Assembly (NCBI RefSeq): GCF_003334815.1
Contig: NZ_QOWO01000001.1
Strand: one strand, 5' to 3'
Origin: Escherichia coli
GTDB taxonomy: Bacteria; Pseudomonadota; Gammaproteobacteria; Enterobacterales; Enterobacteriaceae
DNA length: 64,000 nucleotides
Each line of letters starts with the position of its first letter. Position 1 is the stretch's first letter. Position numbers and translations under genes: made by a program. The notes below the pieces were generated by a model. The model was not told the origin of the DNA. It worked only from the letters and a program-made list of their open reading frames with translations, and made no database searches. Positions 26,404 to 42,219 of the stretch are shown one piece after another.

Positions 26404-27333
26404 ATGGAACGACTAAAACGCATGTCGGTGTTTGCCAAAGTAGTTGAATTTGGCTCTTTTACCGCCGCCGCCAGACAGCTACAGATGAGCGTTTCGTCCA
26501 TCAGTCAGACGGTATCAAAACTGGAAGATGAGTTGCAGGTAAAGCTGTTAAACCGTAGCACACGCAGCATTGGCCTGACCGAAGCCGGTAGAATTTACTA
26601 CCAGGGCTGCCGTCGTATGCTTCATGAAGTGCAGGATGTTCATGAGCAACTGTATGCCTTCAATAACACCCCCATCGGGACGCTACGCATTGGCTGTTCT
26701 TCAACTATGGCACAAAATGTTCTCGCCGGGCTGACAGCCAAAATGCTGAAAGAATACCCAGGTTTGAGCGTCAATCTGGTTACCGGAATTCCAGCCCCCG
26801 ACCTGATTGCCGACGGTCTGGATGTGGTGATCCGCGTCGGCGCGTTGCAGGATTCCAGCCTGTTTTCCCGCCGTCTGGGCGCGATGCCAATGGTGGTGTG
26901 CGCCGCGAAAAGCTATCTCACACAATACGGCATACCGGAAAAACCCGCCGATTTGAGTAGTCATTCATGGCTTGAATACAGCGTGCGGCCCGACAATGAA
27001 TTTGAACTGATCGCACCGGAAGGGATCTCGACTCGCCTGATCCCACAAGGAAGATTTGTGACTAATGATCCGATGACGCTGGTGCGCTGGCTGACGGCGG
27101 GTGCCGGGATCGCCTACGTGCCGCTGATGTGGGTGATCAACGAGATCAATCGTGGGGAGCTGGAGATCCTGCTGCCGCGTTACCAGTCAGATCCACGCCC
27201 GGTTTATGCGTTATATACCGAAAAAGATAAGCTGCCGCTGAAGGTACAGGTCGTGATCAACTCGCTGACGGATTATTTTGTTGAGGTCGGTAAATTGTTT
27301 CAGGAGATGCACGGGCGCGGGAAAGAGAAGTAA
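26404..27333 (+). CDS. aaeR: LysR-type activator of aaeXAB
   Basis: 309-aa ORF with an N-terminal LysR HTH, divergent from aaeX. Confidence 0.95.
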   Translation: MERLKRMSVFAKVVEFGSFTAAARQLQMSVSSISQTVSKLEDELQVKLLNRSTRSIGLTEAGRIYYQGCRRMLHEVQDVHEQLYAFNNTPIGTLRIGCSSTMAQNVLAGLTAKMLKEYPGLSVNLVTGIPAPDLIADGLDVVIRVGALQDSSLFSRRLGAMPMVVCAAKSYLTQYGIPEKPADLSSHSWLEYSVRPDNEFELIAPEGISTRLIPQGRFVTNDPMTLVRWLTAGAGIAYVPLMWVINEINRGELEILLPRYQSDPRPVYALYTEKDKLPLKVQVVINSLTDYFVEVGKLFQEMHGRGKEK

Positions 27334-27375
27334 TTCATATTGTACTGTTACGTTGTACAAACCTGTGCCAACGGG

Positions 27376-27416
27376 TTCCCCTCACCCTAACCCTCACCCC
27401 AAAGGGGCGAGGGGAC
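27376..27416. repeat. GC-rich intergenic repeat (boxC-like)
   Basis: TTCCCCTCACCCTAACCCTCACCCCAAAGGGGCGAGGGGAC between aaeR and tldD. Confidence 0.45.
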
Positions 27417-27466
27417 CGTTCGTGCACGTAGAAAGATTAATTATCCTTCTGAAAATAGTGAAATTA

Positions 27467-28927
<1,461 letters not shown>

Positions 28928-28957
28928 TTAGTTACTGCAGTAGAGGATTTTTTACGG

Positions 28958-29195
28958 CTGCCGGATGCGGCGTGAACGCCCTATCCAGCCTACGGTTATG
29001 TTCCGGTTTGTAGGCCTGATAAGACGCACAGCGTCGCATCAGGCAACGGCTGTCGGATGCGGCGTAAACGCCTTATCCGACCTACGGTTATGTTCCGTTT
29101 GTAGGCCTGATAAGACGCACAGCGTCGCATCAGGCAACGGCTGCCGGATGCGGCGTGAACGCCCTATCCGATCTACGGTTATGTTCTGGCTCGTT
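28958..29195. repeat. REP/BIME cluster (three REP pairs)
   Basis: Three near-identical units GCCGGATGCGGCGTGAACGCC(C/T)TATCC...TGTAGGCCTGATAAGACGCACAGCGTCGCATCAGGC, the classic E. coli REP consensus. Confidence 0.9.
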
Positions 29196-29250
29196 GGCCT
29201 TTGGCAACGATTATCCTATGAGATTGGGGCAATTACGCGCCCTCGTCAAA

Positions 29251-32200
29251 TCATTGCGCTTTTTCTTTACGCGGTTGGCGCAACACTTCGTTGATTTGCG
29301 GATCGTCCAGCGGACCCGAAATGTGATAGCGCAAAATGGAGACTTTGCTCCACAGCGGCCCCAGCACTTTACTGGCGGCAAACACTGCCGCGCCAACAAT
29401 GGGGTTAACCGCAAAAGCCGCAGCCACGCCCACCGTCGCAGAAATCTCTGGTGCGACAACCGCTTCCATATTCAGGTCGCGACGTACCAGATTTACCGAC
29501 CCTTTCATGGCGATATCCGCCTCCAGGCCATCCACCAGCGTGTCGTCGGTGTGCATAACGCCGTCTTTAATCCACGCGGTGCTGCGAATGGAGTCAAAAT
29601 AGAACCCTTCGCCAAAAGTGTCTCTGAAATCAAAACGCAGCTTACGCATCAGGGCATCTACGCTCAATAAGCGCAGCAATTGCCCGGCATGTCCGGTATT
29701 GATTTCGGTAATTTCGCCTTTACCCAGTTGAGTATGAATGATGCCATTCAACGTCGCTTCATCTGGCTGCCAGGGTGCTTTGCGCCAGTGTAAATCGTAA
29801 TCCACATTAAATGACGACTGGCGTATGGGCGTCGTGACACCAAAAAATTCTGCGGCGGCATCAATTTTCTGCCCGCGCAGTTTTCCTTTCAGCGAGGTAC
29901 GTTCATTCCCCGGATTATTAACCCATTCACCATCGGCAGTAAGCCGCGAGAAACCAGTATCAATCAGTCCATTGGTCAGCGTTAACGTATCGCCAGAAAT
30001 GGTGATATCACTGTCAATGCGACCGAATTTTTGCCCCCAGAACCAGCACTCTGTGCATCGTATTTGGGCGTCCGGCCAGCCACGGAAGTTAATGCGCTCC
30101 GTTGTCGGGAAAGGTGATGACGGCGTTGAATCACCACGAGTTTTCGCCACGCTCGGGTTGTAATAAAGATATTTGATATTCGCCAGCCACGGCGCGTTAT
30201 TACGCATCGCTAGCGTGGCGTTGATTTCACGCCCTTGCGCTTCAACCAGGGTGCCATTTGCCGTCGGTTGCGAAACAATACTCAGGTTATTCCATTGCTG
30301 ATTTCCCAGTGACAACATAGGCGTACGTAACGTTATGTGTTGTGGGAAACTCGCTGCACCACCGACACTCTCCGCAGCGCCTTTCTGGAACAGGGCCAGC
30401 CACTCGGCACCATTCATCGGCGGCATATTGAGTTCAACGCCACTTTGTTCCGGCAACGGCGGGAGCGTTTTACTGTCTGCCGCCCAAATAGCACGATCGA
30501 GCGTCAGCTTTTGACCGAGCAACCAGCGGCTATTGAAATGATTATCCGCACCAGCCTGTCCGGTTAATTCAAAGCTGTTGAGATTGCCATCAACCTTAAC
30601 GTTTACCGCTAGTGGTTCACCCGCAGGTTTGGCTAACGGTGAAGGTAAGTGACTGCTCACATTCTTTAGATCGCCGTTCAGCTCTATGTTATAGGTCGCA
30701 CCAGCATGATAAGGCAGATCAATGCCCACTTTACCATCCCACGCCACGCTGCCACTCAATGCTTCGTTCACCGCTTCAGGCAGAACGCCGGTTTTCGCCG
30801 GTTGCCAGTTACCGTTGAGGTTTACCGCTACCTGGTAGGCTTTTGCCCCTTCTTTGGTGGAAAAATCCACGTTCAACGGCTGATTAAACCAGCTTGCTGT
30901 CAGTGGTTCACTTTGCAGATCGCTATTGATAAAGCTGAATTTACCGCTCAAATTTTTCAGGGTGCTGTCGAGTGGTTTGATAAACAGACTGTTATTACGC
31001 AGCGTCACTTCACCTTTCGCGGTTACCAGTTCGCCGTTCAGCGGGATATCAAGATGTAAGCGAGCATTCACATCGCCGTCGAGCTGGAGTTCTTGCAGGG
31101 TCGCACCCAGAGAATCTTTCAGCGGTGTCTCATCAAAGTAAGGGCCAACGGCTTTACCCGGACCTTTAATGTCAGCGTCAATCAGCAGTTTTTCTTTTGA
31201 GTAGTCAGGGATCACTGCGGTAAGATTACTCGCGCGCACGCCGCCCAGATTAACGCCATCGGTTTTCATCCATAAACCGTCGTTAATAAAGTCCAGTTCA
31301 ATATCAAGGTTAGTTAATGCAGGCCAGTCCGGCTGGAAGGCAAACTTCGCGTTGCGCAGCGGCACCAGCACTTCAAACTGACCTTCGTTGTGTTTATAGG
31401 GGAAGAGTTGCGGATTGCCACCATAAACCAGCGTCGCGTTATCCGCTTCACCGCCCTGAATCGCGCCACTTAAGTAATCAACCAGGTCTTTACCCATCAA
31501 GTTTTCCGGGAAATAGCGCCAGGCTTGTGAACCATCATCGGTACTGATGCCAGCCAGAATACCCAGCCAGGGTTCATCGTTAGCAGGTTGCAGGTAACGA
31601 AAACCGCCGCGCGCATGGACGGCTTTGGCTTTAACGTCAATATTACGCCCATCCAGCTGGAAACCTTTGTTATTGTTCAGCCAGCTTATAGTTGCCTGGC
31701 CGTCGGCGATTTCTAGTGGCGCACGGAATACCGTTTCGTAAGGCATCTTTGCCTGCTTCATCGACGCGGTAAGCAAACCATTTTCAACGCTGCCGGAAAG
31801 CGTCCCGGAGAAGTGTTCCGCACCCGGTAATAATTTCCATTGCTTCCAGGCCAGATCGCTCCACGATGCCTGAAAACGGGTCTTGTCTGCCGCCTGAAGC
31901 GGGATATCCAGCGCCAGAGTGTTAATCTTGCCGCTCGGTTGTGTGGAGCGCCAAACATCACCCAGTGCAGGTGAAAGTTTCGCGGCCAGCGGGCGTATGC
32001 CCTCCAGGCCTGCCAGCTCCAGATTACTGGCGCGAATCCGGAGTTCGTCACTGCGTTTATTGTCTTTGCCGCCAACGTCCTGTTCCGGTATCCAGGCCAG
32101 CGTCAATGCTCCGCTCGGCCAGGGTTTGCCGTCCATCGTGATCCGTGTATCGGGAATAGAGAACTGCCAGCCCGGATTTTCACGCGTAATATGCGCGGTC

Positions 32201-33051
32201 AGATTATCCACCGACAGCGTATGCGTTTGCTTCTCGCCCAACCAGCTGGCACCGCCCTGTTTCAGCCAGACGTCACCGCCGGTTACATCGCCTTTGTCGA
32301 TCGTCATCCAGCCTTCAAGGGAGAACTGTGCCGTTTCCAGCGCAATATTGTCCTGCATCCATTTACCGAGCCACGGCTTCAGGTCGATGTCATCCGCCTG
32401 GAGCCAGACGCGACCATTGCTTAACAACCCCTCATCATCGCGCAAATCCATGCGCACCTGCATCACGCCGTGCTGTCCGGTAAGGCTGGAGAGGCTTACC
32501 AGGCCTTCCGCACGGTGTCGACGTGGATCGTTCAGCCAGGTGAGTTGTGGGATCGCCAGCTCGGCGCGCTGACCGGATGGCGTCAGGAAACTGACTTCAC
32601 TGTCGCGAAGATCGAAATGGTCAAATTGACGAAGAAACAGATCGCTGATGTGACTGGCTTCCAGACTGTCATCACTACCACCGCTGGTGATAGGAGTGTT
32701 GGTGCGAAAGCGCAGCTGCCAGAAAGTGAGGTCGCGAAACTGCCAGCGCATATGTAACAGGCTCTGCCAGACATCCAGCGCCAGAGTAACGCGTTTAACC
32801 GAAAATTCGCCGCCATCTTTTAGTTCTGCACGGATGTCGTGTGCTTCAAGCGTCGGGCCAAAATTCTGCCAGCTGGCTGAGAGCTGACTGGCTTCTACCG
32901 GCATGCCAGTCGCGGATTCTATTTTGTTGAGGATTTCCGGACGCCAGGCGTCAAGATGCGGTAAAGCAATACGCAGGCCGCTAACCAGCAGGGCAGCGAT
33001 CACAACGAGCGCGGCTCCAGTAAGCAGTAAAATCCCCGGCAATCGCCTCAC
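29251..33051 (-). CDS. yhdP: AsmA-like envelope lipid-transport protein YhdP
   Basis: 1266-aa ORF with an N-terminal TM anchor, recognised as YhdP. Confidence 0.95.
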   Translation of the reverse strand: MRRLPGILLLTGAALVVIAALLVSGLRIALPHLDAWRPEILNKIESATGMPVEASQLSASWQNFGPTLEAHDIRAELKDGGEFSVKRVTLALDVWQSLLHMRWQFRDLTFWQLRFRTNTPITSGGSDDSLEASHISDLFLRQFDHFDLRDSEVSFLTPSGQRAELAIPQLTWLNDPRRHRAEGLVSLSSLTGQHGVMQVRMDLRDDEGLLSNGRVWLQADDIDLKPWLGKWMQDNIALETAQFSLEGWMTIDKGDVTGGDVWLKQGGASWLGEKQTHTLSVDNLTAHITRENPGWQFSIPDTRITMDGKPWPSGALTLAWIPEQDVGGKDNKRSDELRIRASNLELAGLEGIRPLAAKLSPALGDVWRSTQPSGKINTLALDIPLQAADKTRFQASWSDLAWKQWKLLPGAEHFSGTLSGSVENGLLTASMKQAKMPYETVFRAPLEIADGQATISWLNNNKGFQLDGRNIDVKAKAVHARGGFRYLQPANDEPWLGILAGISTDDGSQAWRYFPENLMGKDLVDYLSGAIQGGEADNATLVYGGNPQLFPYKHNEGQFEVLVPLRNAKFAFQPDWPALTNLDIELDFINDGLWMKTDGVNLGGVRASNLTAVIPDYSKEKLLIDADIKGPGKAVGPYFDETPLKDSLGATLQELQLDGDVNARLHLDIPLNGELVTAKGEVTLRNNSLFIKPLDSTLKNLSGKFSFINSDLQSEPLTASWFNQPLNVDFSTKEGAKAYQVAVNLNGNWQPAKTGVLPEAVNEALSGSVAWDGKVGIDLPYHAGATYNIELNGDLKNVSSHLPSPLAKPAGEPLAVNVKVDGNLNSFELTGQAGADNHFNSRWLLGQKLTLDRAIWAADSKTLPPLPEQSGVELNMPPMNGAEWLALFQKGAAESVGGAASFPQHITLRTPMLSLGNQQWNNLSIVSQPTANGTLVEAQGREINATLAMRNNAPWLANIKYLYYNPSVAKTRGDSTPSSPFPTTERINFRGWPDAQIRCTECWFWGQKFGRIDSDITISGDTLTLTNGLIDTGFSRLTADGEWVNNPGNERTSLKGKLRGQKIDAAAEFFGVTTPIRQSSFNVDYDLHWRKAPWQPDEATLNGIIHTQLGKGEITEINTGHAGQLLRLLSVDALMRKLRFDFRDTFGEGFYFDSIRSTAWIKDGVMHTDDTLVDGLEADIAMKGSVNLVRRDLNMEAVVAPEISATVGVAAAFAVNPIVGAAVFAASKVLGPLWSKVSILRYHISGPLDDPQINEVLRQPRKEKAQ

Positions 33052-33118
33052 CCGTCACTCCTTGTCTGCTAAAAATGTGACTCAAAAACCCTTTGCCGGA
33101 TGGCGGCCCAGCATCTGT

Positions 33119-34588
33119 TTACATCATTACGACGTCAAACTGCTCCTGGTTATAGAGCGGTTCAATTTGTACTTTAACCTGTTTGCCAACGAAAATTTCC
33201 ACTTCCGCCAGCGAGTGTGACTCTTCGCCTTTCAAGGCTTCAGCTACTGCCGGAGAAGCATAGACCAGGAAACGGTCGGAGTCGTAAGCATGGTGGACAC
33301 GAACAATCTCGCGCATGATTTCATAGCATACCGTTTCCACGGTTTTCACCGTTCCGCGACCGTGGCAGGTTGGGCATTCGTTACACAGTACGTGCTCAAT
33401 GCTTTCGCGGGTGCGTTTACGCGTCATCTCCACCAGCCCCAGCGCCGAAAAACCATTAACGCTGGTTTTCACCCGGTCTTTGCTCAACGCCTGCTCCAGC
33501 GAGTGCAGCACTCGGCGGCGGTGATCTTCATTATTCATATCGATGAAATCAATAATGATAATCCCGCCCAGATTACGCAACCGTAACTGGCGAGCGATAG
33601 CCTGCGTCGCTTCAATATTGGTATTGAAAATGGTGTCGTCCAGATTGCGATGACCGACAAACGCTCCGGTATTGATGTCCACGGTGGTCATCGCTTCGGT
33701 CTGGTCGATAATGAGATAACCACCGGATTTCAGTTCTACTTTGCGTTCCAGCGCTCGCTGGATTTCGTTTTCGACATCAAAGAGATCGAAAATCGGCTGG
33801 CGTCCTGTGTAATGCTCCAGCTTGCTTGTCATCTCGGGAATGTACTCCGAGGTGAACTCAAGTAACGCTTCGTAAGTCAGGCGTGAGTCAACGCGAATGC
33901 GGTCCAGTTCGGCATCGGCGAAATCACGCAGAACACGCTGCGCCAGCGCCAGTTCGCCGTACAGCTGATAACGGGTCTGCGGGCGTTTTTTACGCTCCAT
34001 AACTTTGGTCCAGACGCGTTTCAGATAAGCGGCATCGGAGGCCAGTTCAGCCTCGCCAACCCCTTCCGCTGCGGTACGGATGATAAACCCGCCCTGCTCG
34101 TCGCAATACTCTGCGACCACTTTTTTCAGGCGTTCACGTTCTGATTCGCTTTCAATACGTTGGGAAACCCCAACGTGAGAAGCCCCTGGCATAAACACCA
34201 GATAGCGAGAAGGGAGCGTGATATCGGTGGTCAGGCGCGCACCTTTAGTGCCAAGCGGATCTTTCACCACCTGCACCATCAGATCTTGCCCCTGACGAAC
34301 CAGTTCCGAGATGTCGCGCACCGTGAATTGCTTTTGTTCTTCACCCGCCACACATTCGGTGTGCGGCATGATGTCGGATGCATGAAGAAACGCGGCTTTA
34401 TCCAGCCCAATATCTACAAAAGCCGCCTGCATACCCGGAAGTACACGACTTACACGACCCTTGTAGATATTGCCTACTATTCCGCGTCGCGCCTCACGTT
34501 CAATATGAATTTCCTGCAGAATACCGCCATCAATATACGCCACTCGCGTTTCCGAAGGCGTTACGTTTACTAACAATTCAGCCGTCAT
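33119..34588 (-). CDS. rng: Ribonuclease G
   Basis: ATG at 34588 gives [22 protein letters not shown]... (489 aa). Confidence 0.97.
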
Positions 34589-35171
34589 GTTTATCCCTTT
34601 TCTCACGCAGTGCGTTAAAATTACTTAATAATTCATACGTTTCAACCAGCGGTAAGCCGACTACGGCGTGATAGCTGCCATTTATCTTCCTGACAAAACA
34701 GCCACCCAGCCCCTGAATACCGTATGCACCTGCTTTATCTAACGGTTCATCGCTGGCGACATAGCCCGCGATGTCTTCGTCTGTTAACGTTCTGAAAGTC
34801 ACATCGGTGACCACTAGGCAATCGAGAATGTGCTGGCTGTCGGCCAACGCCACTGCTGTCATCACCTGATGGGTCTGACCCGATAATTTGCGCAACATCT
34901 GCGCCGCATGCTCTGCGTCGCGCGGTTTCTCCAGCACTTCTCCGTTCAGGATAACGATAGTATCCGCACCCAGCACCGGGAGATCCTTCGCCGTTTGCGC
35001 GACACCTGCCCGTGCTTTCTCGCGCGCCAGACGCACAACATACTGCTGCGCGCTCTCCTGCGGCTGACGCTGCTCCTCAATGCCCGTAACAATACGTTCA
35101 AAGGTCACGCCAAGTTGCGCAAGTAACTCCTGACGACGCGGAGAACCGGAAGCTAAATACAGAGAAGTCAT
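34578..35171 (-). CDS. yhdE: Maf-family nucleoside triphosphate pyrophosphatase
   Basis: ATG at 35171 gives [17 protein letters not shown]... (197 aa). Confidence 0.95.
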   Translation of the reverse strand: MTSLYLASGSPRRQELLAQLGVTFERIVTGIEEQRQPQESAQQYVVRLAREKARAGVAQTAKDLPVLGADTIVILNGEVLEKPRDAEHAAQMLRKLSGQTHQVMTAVALADSQHILDCLVVTDVTFRTLTDEDIAGYVASDEPLDKAGAYGIQGLGGCFVRKINGSYHAVVGLPLVETYELLSNFNALREKRDKHDG

Positions 35172-35179
35172 AGAAACCT

Positions 35180-36762
<1,583 letters not shown>

Positions 36763-36827
36763 AAGTTATGCGTATTCTCGTATCAGACCAGGCAGGGTAA
36801 ACAGACACTTCCCCTGCCTGCATCCGA

Positions 36828-37997
<1,170 letters not shown>

Positions 37998-38175
37998 TTA
38001 CAAATCTCTGCCTGAGTCCAGAAAGGCTTAATGCATCAGCAGCATTCCTCGCCTGTTTGCAACCGCGTAAGGTCATTCATCTGCATATGTGCTGCAACAA
38101 TCTGGCGAGCAGACAAGCACACTCCCATGAGACGCAGCGCGCGTTATTCTACGTGAAAACGGATTAAACGGCAGG

Positions 38176-40116
38176 TTAAACCGAGTATCTTTGTGAATAT
38201 TTTTTCACGTTAGTATCAAGTGGCTGTGAGGACGCGAAAAAATCCCCTTGCCCGCCTGTAACACCGCGCTGAATCAGGGTCTGCCACTCGCTTCGCGAAC
38301 GCACGCCGGTGGCGTAAACCTGGGTGCTGGTCCCGGAGCAGGCTTCCACCAGGCTTTGAACCAGCAGCTGGTTCTCCGTTCGCTTCTCAATGTTTCTGAC
38401 CAGCCCCGGATGGAGCTTGAGTAACTCAACATTAAGTTCTTTGATCCAACTGGTACTTACCAGCGTCAAACCAGCCTGGTTGACGGCTACCCGTACCCCT
38501 AAAGCATTCACTAAACGAATAACAGGTTGTAAACGACTGATATGTTGACCTACATCGGCCTCTGCAAGTTCAATAATTATGCGTTTTCGTTGTGATTTTT
38601 CACATTGCATTAACGTATCGCGCAGCCAACGCTGAAAACGCGGGCGAATCAGCGACTCAACGGTAACCTGAATCGCCAGATTTTCCTCTGGCCAGTAACG
38701 CAATAGTGGAATAAGACGGCTGATTTGCAGACGGTCATACTCTTCCGATAAGCCAAACTGCAAGACCATCGGCATATACTCCGCCGAGCTAACCTCTTCA
38801 TTACCATCGAAGATGCGGCACATGAGTTCGCGATGATGAACCTGACCTTCGCGAGTAACCGCCGGTTTTTGATAAAGGCGCGGGCCGCCGCGACTGAGCA
38901 TTTGCTCGATAAGCGTACGCCAGCGAACATTACCGCGTCCTTTTTCAGGCAACGAGTCATCGTAAATAGCCCAGCTATTGCCGCCCTGCAATCCCGCATT
39001 ACGCGTGGCAGACTCTGCATGTTCCATTACCTGCTCGGTATCCTGACCACTACGCCAGGCGCAGATACCAATGTGGATCATATCGTCGCGATCGAGCATT
39101 TTATTGTTCGGCAAGGTATCAACGGCTTTGATTAACTGACCGGCGATGCTCTCTGCCTCTTTTAACGTCCGGTGCGGTAACAGCGCAGCAAAATCACTGC
39201 GGTGGTAACGCGCCAGCAGTGCGCCAGGGTAGCGCATCATAAATGTCGACAGCAGATTCGTCAGAGTGAAGAACTGTTCTTCAACCTGGCTGTGCCCCCA
39301 GGTATCGCTCAACATATTGAAATCCGGCAGACGAATCATCATCACGATCCCGTGGGTACCTACTTTCTCCTGATCTTCCAGTAACGTTGCTAACTGATTA
39401 TCGAAAAAGAGTCGGTTATTGAGGCCGGTTTTCACGTCCTGGGCGGCATAAGAGCGGATCAGCGTATCAAGACGGCTGTGTTGTTCGCGTGCGTTCTGAA
39501 TTTCACGAAGCAGCGTATCCAGCGCACTGCTGGTTCTGGGCGGCCATTCATAGATGGTTCCCAACACATTAGAGCCACGCTCACCGTTTAAGATACGAGT
39601 AGCCCGGGTTTCCAGCAATTCTTGCCCGGCAAGTTGCCGTTGTAACCAGCGTACCGCCAGGAAGAGCATAACAATGATAAAGCCAATCGCCCCCGTGAGC
39701 GGCGCGGTGGTCATCAACGAATGGAAATAGTTGCCCATCGGATCCTGATAAACCAGACGCAACGACATCCCCGGATGCTTTATCAACGGAACGCTCAGTT
39801 CGCGAAACAGATCGCTGGAGCCAACTGGACGATAACTACCATTTCTGGCCAGGGTATAAACCTGTTTATCACCATGGAGCAGGTCTACACGAACGATATC
39901 TGCCGACATCATTAATTCGGTAATTTGTGGCCTTAATACGCTGAAGTCATTCGACACAAGGTGGGTATCAATCGCCGTCGCCACCGCCTGAACGCGATGA
40001 CTAAACTTATACTGAATGGCGTTGTAGAAACTTAGCGAACAGCCCAGCAAAGTCACAAAAATTGTTAACCCGGTGAGCAGCGTAACAAAGGCCGAAAATT
40101 TCGTCGTTAATCTCAT
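38176..40116 (-). CDS. csrD: Degenerate GGDEF-EAL protein that targets CsrB/CsrC for decay
   Basis: 646-aa ORF recognised as CsrD (YhdA). Confidence 0.95.
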   Translation of the reverse strand: MRLTTKFSAFVTLLTGLTIFVTLLGCSLSFYNAIQYKFSHRVQAVATAIDTHLVSNDFSVLRPQITELMMSADIVRVDLLHGDKQVYTLARNGSYRPVGSSDLFRELSVPLIKHPGMSLRLVYQDPMGNYFHSLMTTAPLTGAIGFIIVMLFLAVRWLQRQLAGQELLETRATRILNGERGSNVLGTIYEWPPRTSSALDTLLREIQNAREQHSRLDTLIRSYAAQDVKTGLNNRLFFDNQLATLLEDQEKVGTHGIVMMIRLPDFNMLSDTWGHSQVEEQFFTLTNLLSTFMMRYPGALLARYHRSDFAALLPHRTLKEAESIAGQLIKAVDTLPNNKMLDRDDMIHIGICAWRSGQDTEQVMEHAESATRNAGLQGGNSWAIYDDSLPEKGRGNVRWRTLIEQMLSRGGPRLYQKPAVTREGQVHHRELMCRIFDGNEEVSSAEYMPMVLQFGLSEEYDRLQISRLIPLLRYWPEENLAIQVTVESLIRPRFQRWLRDTLMQCEKSQRKRIIIELAEADVGQHISRLQPVIRLVNALGVRVAVNQAGLTLVSTSWIKELNVELLKLHPGLVRNIEKRTENQLLVQSLVEACSGTSTQVYATGVRSRSEWQTLIQRGVTGGQGDFFASSQPLDTNVKKYSQRYSV

Positions 40117-40267
40117 CCTTGTGTTAACTCCGATAGTGAGGAAGCGGGCATACTAGCAAATCAGATTTATCTCGCAATTTATTGCGCTTCATCGGCTTTG
40201 CTTTTCCATTAGCGAGTATAGTCTTCAGAAATTATTTTCCAATCCATCATGCACATGAGGACCACTT

Positions 40268-41242
40268 ATGCAGGCGTTACTTTTAGAACAGCAGGACGGC
40301 AAAACTCTCGCATCAGTACAGACTCTGGACGAAAGTCGCCTGCCGGAGGGCGATGTCACGGTCGATGTTCACTGGTCGAGCCTGAACTATAAAGATGCGC
40401 TGGCGATTACCGGTAAGGGAAAAATCATCCGTAATTTTCCGATGATTCCTGGGATCGATTTTGCCGGAACTGTACGCACCAGCGAAGATCCGCGTTTTCA
40501 TGCCGGTCAGGAGGTGTTACTCACTGGCTGGGGCGTTGGTGAAAACCACTGGGGTGGGCTGGCGGAGCAGGCGCGAGTGAAAGGTGACTGGCTGGTTGCC
40601 ATGCCGCAAGGGCTGGACGCGCGTAAAGCAATGATTATCGGTACTGCCGGTTTTACCGCCATGCTGTGTGTGATGGCGCTGGAAGATGCCGGTGTTCGCC
40701 CGCAGGACGGGGAGATTGTCGTGACGGGTGCCAGTGGTGGCGTCGGCAGTACCGCCGTGGCGCTGCTGCATAAGTTGGGTTATCAGGTCGTTGCCGTTTC
40801 CGGTCGCGAAAGTACCCATGAATATCTGAAAAGTTTAGGTGCTAGCCGTGTTCTCCCTCGTGATGAGTTTGCCGAATCCCGTCCTCTGGAAAAACAAGTC
40901 TGGGCTGGGGCAATTGACACCGTTGGCGACAAAGTGCTGGCAAAAGTGCTGGCGCAAATGAATTACGGCGGCTGCGTGGCGGCCTGTGGTCTGGCGGGTG
41001 GTTTTACTCTGCCAACCACGGTCATGCCATTTATTCTGCGTAATGTCCGTTTGCAAGGGGTGGATTCAGTAATGACGCCACCAGAACGCCGCGCACAAGC
41101 CTGGCAGCGACTGGTCGCCGATTTACCGGAATCATTCTATACCCAGGCGGCAAAAGAGATATCTCTGTCAGAGGCACCGAACTTTGCCGAGGCCATCATT
41201 AATAACCAGATCCAGGGTCGCACGCTGGTGAAGGTTAACTAA
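40268..41242 (+). CDS. acuI: Acrylyl-CoA reductase (MDR/zinc-independent ADH family)
   Basis: 324-aa ORF recognised as YhdH/AcuI. Confidence 0.95.
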   Translation: MQALLLEQQDGKTLASVQTLDESRLPEGDVTVDVHWSSLNYKDALAITGKGKIIRNFPMIPGIDFAGTVRTSEDPRFHAGQEVLLTGWGVGENHWGGLAEQARVKGDWLVAMPQGLDARKAMIIGTAGFTAMLCVMALEDAGVRPQDGEIVVTGASGGVGSTAVALLHKLGYQVVAVSGRESTHEYLKSLGASRVLPRDEFAESRPLEKQVWAGAIDTVGDKVLAKVLAQMNYGGCVAACGLAGGFTLPTTVMPFILRNVRLQGVDSVMTPPERRAQAWQRLVADLPESFYTQAAKEISLSEAPNFAEAIINNQIQGRTLVKVN

Positions 41243-42219
41243 CCATTTAGCAGGGAATAATAAGAGAGGGAACTCATTTTGAAATCATTATTCAATCGGT
41301 TAACGGGAAAAGCGGTTAGCCGGACAGCTTTCGTCGAACACCTTGGTCAGGAAGTTATACAACATCATCCAAACTGGAAAGTCATGATTTCGACTGACCA
41401 CAAATTGATGCGCATTGATACTCCACTAAACAGCTATTATTGATACGCCTCCGTCGCCTGTTAGGTTTATGGTGCTTTGCCTGGGCGACGCTACGCTTAG
41501 CCCCTTACTTATTTCTGGTACCATGGGGTGAATAATCTGATTTTGTTTGACTACAAATTAATCACTCGAACCTATTTAATGCTGAGCATTGTCAATCGGT
41601 TAATTTTGCGTGCTTTAGCATTCACATCTATCCAGACGATGCAGTGAAAATTGGGTAATCCCCAGCAACCGCTGCGTAATGTCGTCTATCTTGTCGCGAT
41701 CCTGGCATCCCTACATTATTTGTGGTCTGTGAAGATTATCTCATTGCAGCCCCTCATCTTCGCAGGGCTGGCTTTTCAGCTTTTCACCTTACGTTATAAG
41801 AAGTTCCGTCGATGATGGCGCTAATTTCGTGAATTGTGCGGCTTGTTGCAAATTACACGGTGTTGAAGGTTATTTACATGTTAGCTGTTGATTATCTTCC
41901 CTGATAAGACCAGTATTTAGCTGCCAATTGCTACGAAATCGTTATAATGTGCGACCTCGTCCTCCCTGACGCAGTTTTTGCGCTGCGGAAAAGGTGACAT
42001 TGGCGCAACGAAGGTATATTTTGTTTTTTGCCGGAGGATAGCAGCAGATCGCTGCACAATGTCCGTCAAGTCTAACATTGACACTCTGGGGCAAAATAGA
42101 CCGGCGTCCCGGCCTGCTGGAATTTATCGCTATGCATACAGCTGTCGGGGCATACGCTTTACAGACGGCGGTGAAACGCCTGTCACAATCACACTAAACA
42201 AAGAGTACGGAACCCACTC

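Noticed and set aside
28958-29195. Regularly repeated units of about 90 bp downstream of tldD that look superficially like a repeat-spacer array.
   Set aside because: The units are classic REP palindromes (GCCGGATGCGGCG...CGCATCAGGC) arranged as a BIME. There are no unique spacers and no cas genes, so this is not a CRISPR.
29155-33220. Numerous plus-strand ORFs (up to 217 aa) opposite yhdP. Similar antisense ORFs occur opposite nanK, nanT, aaeB, rng, mreB/C, accC and csrD.
   Set aside because: They overlap well-recognised conserved genes on the other strand, have biased low-complexity translations, and show no independent start signals.
41243-42219. A roughly 1-kb ORF-poor interval between acuI and accB. 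It includes a short stop-terminated reading frame (41278-41443), a duplicated 12-mer TCAATCGGTTAA (near 41292 and 41594), and ORF 41978-42247.
   Set aside because: A gap of similar size exists at this locus in K-12 as far as I recall, containing the long accBC leader and promoter. I see no mobile-element signatures, repeats of note or convincing coding potential. The 89-aa ORF overlaps the accB start out of frame.
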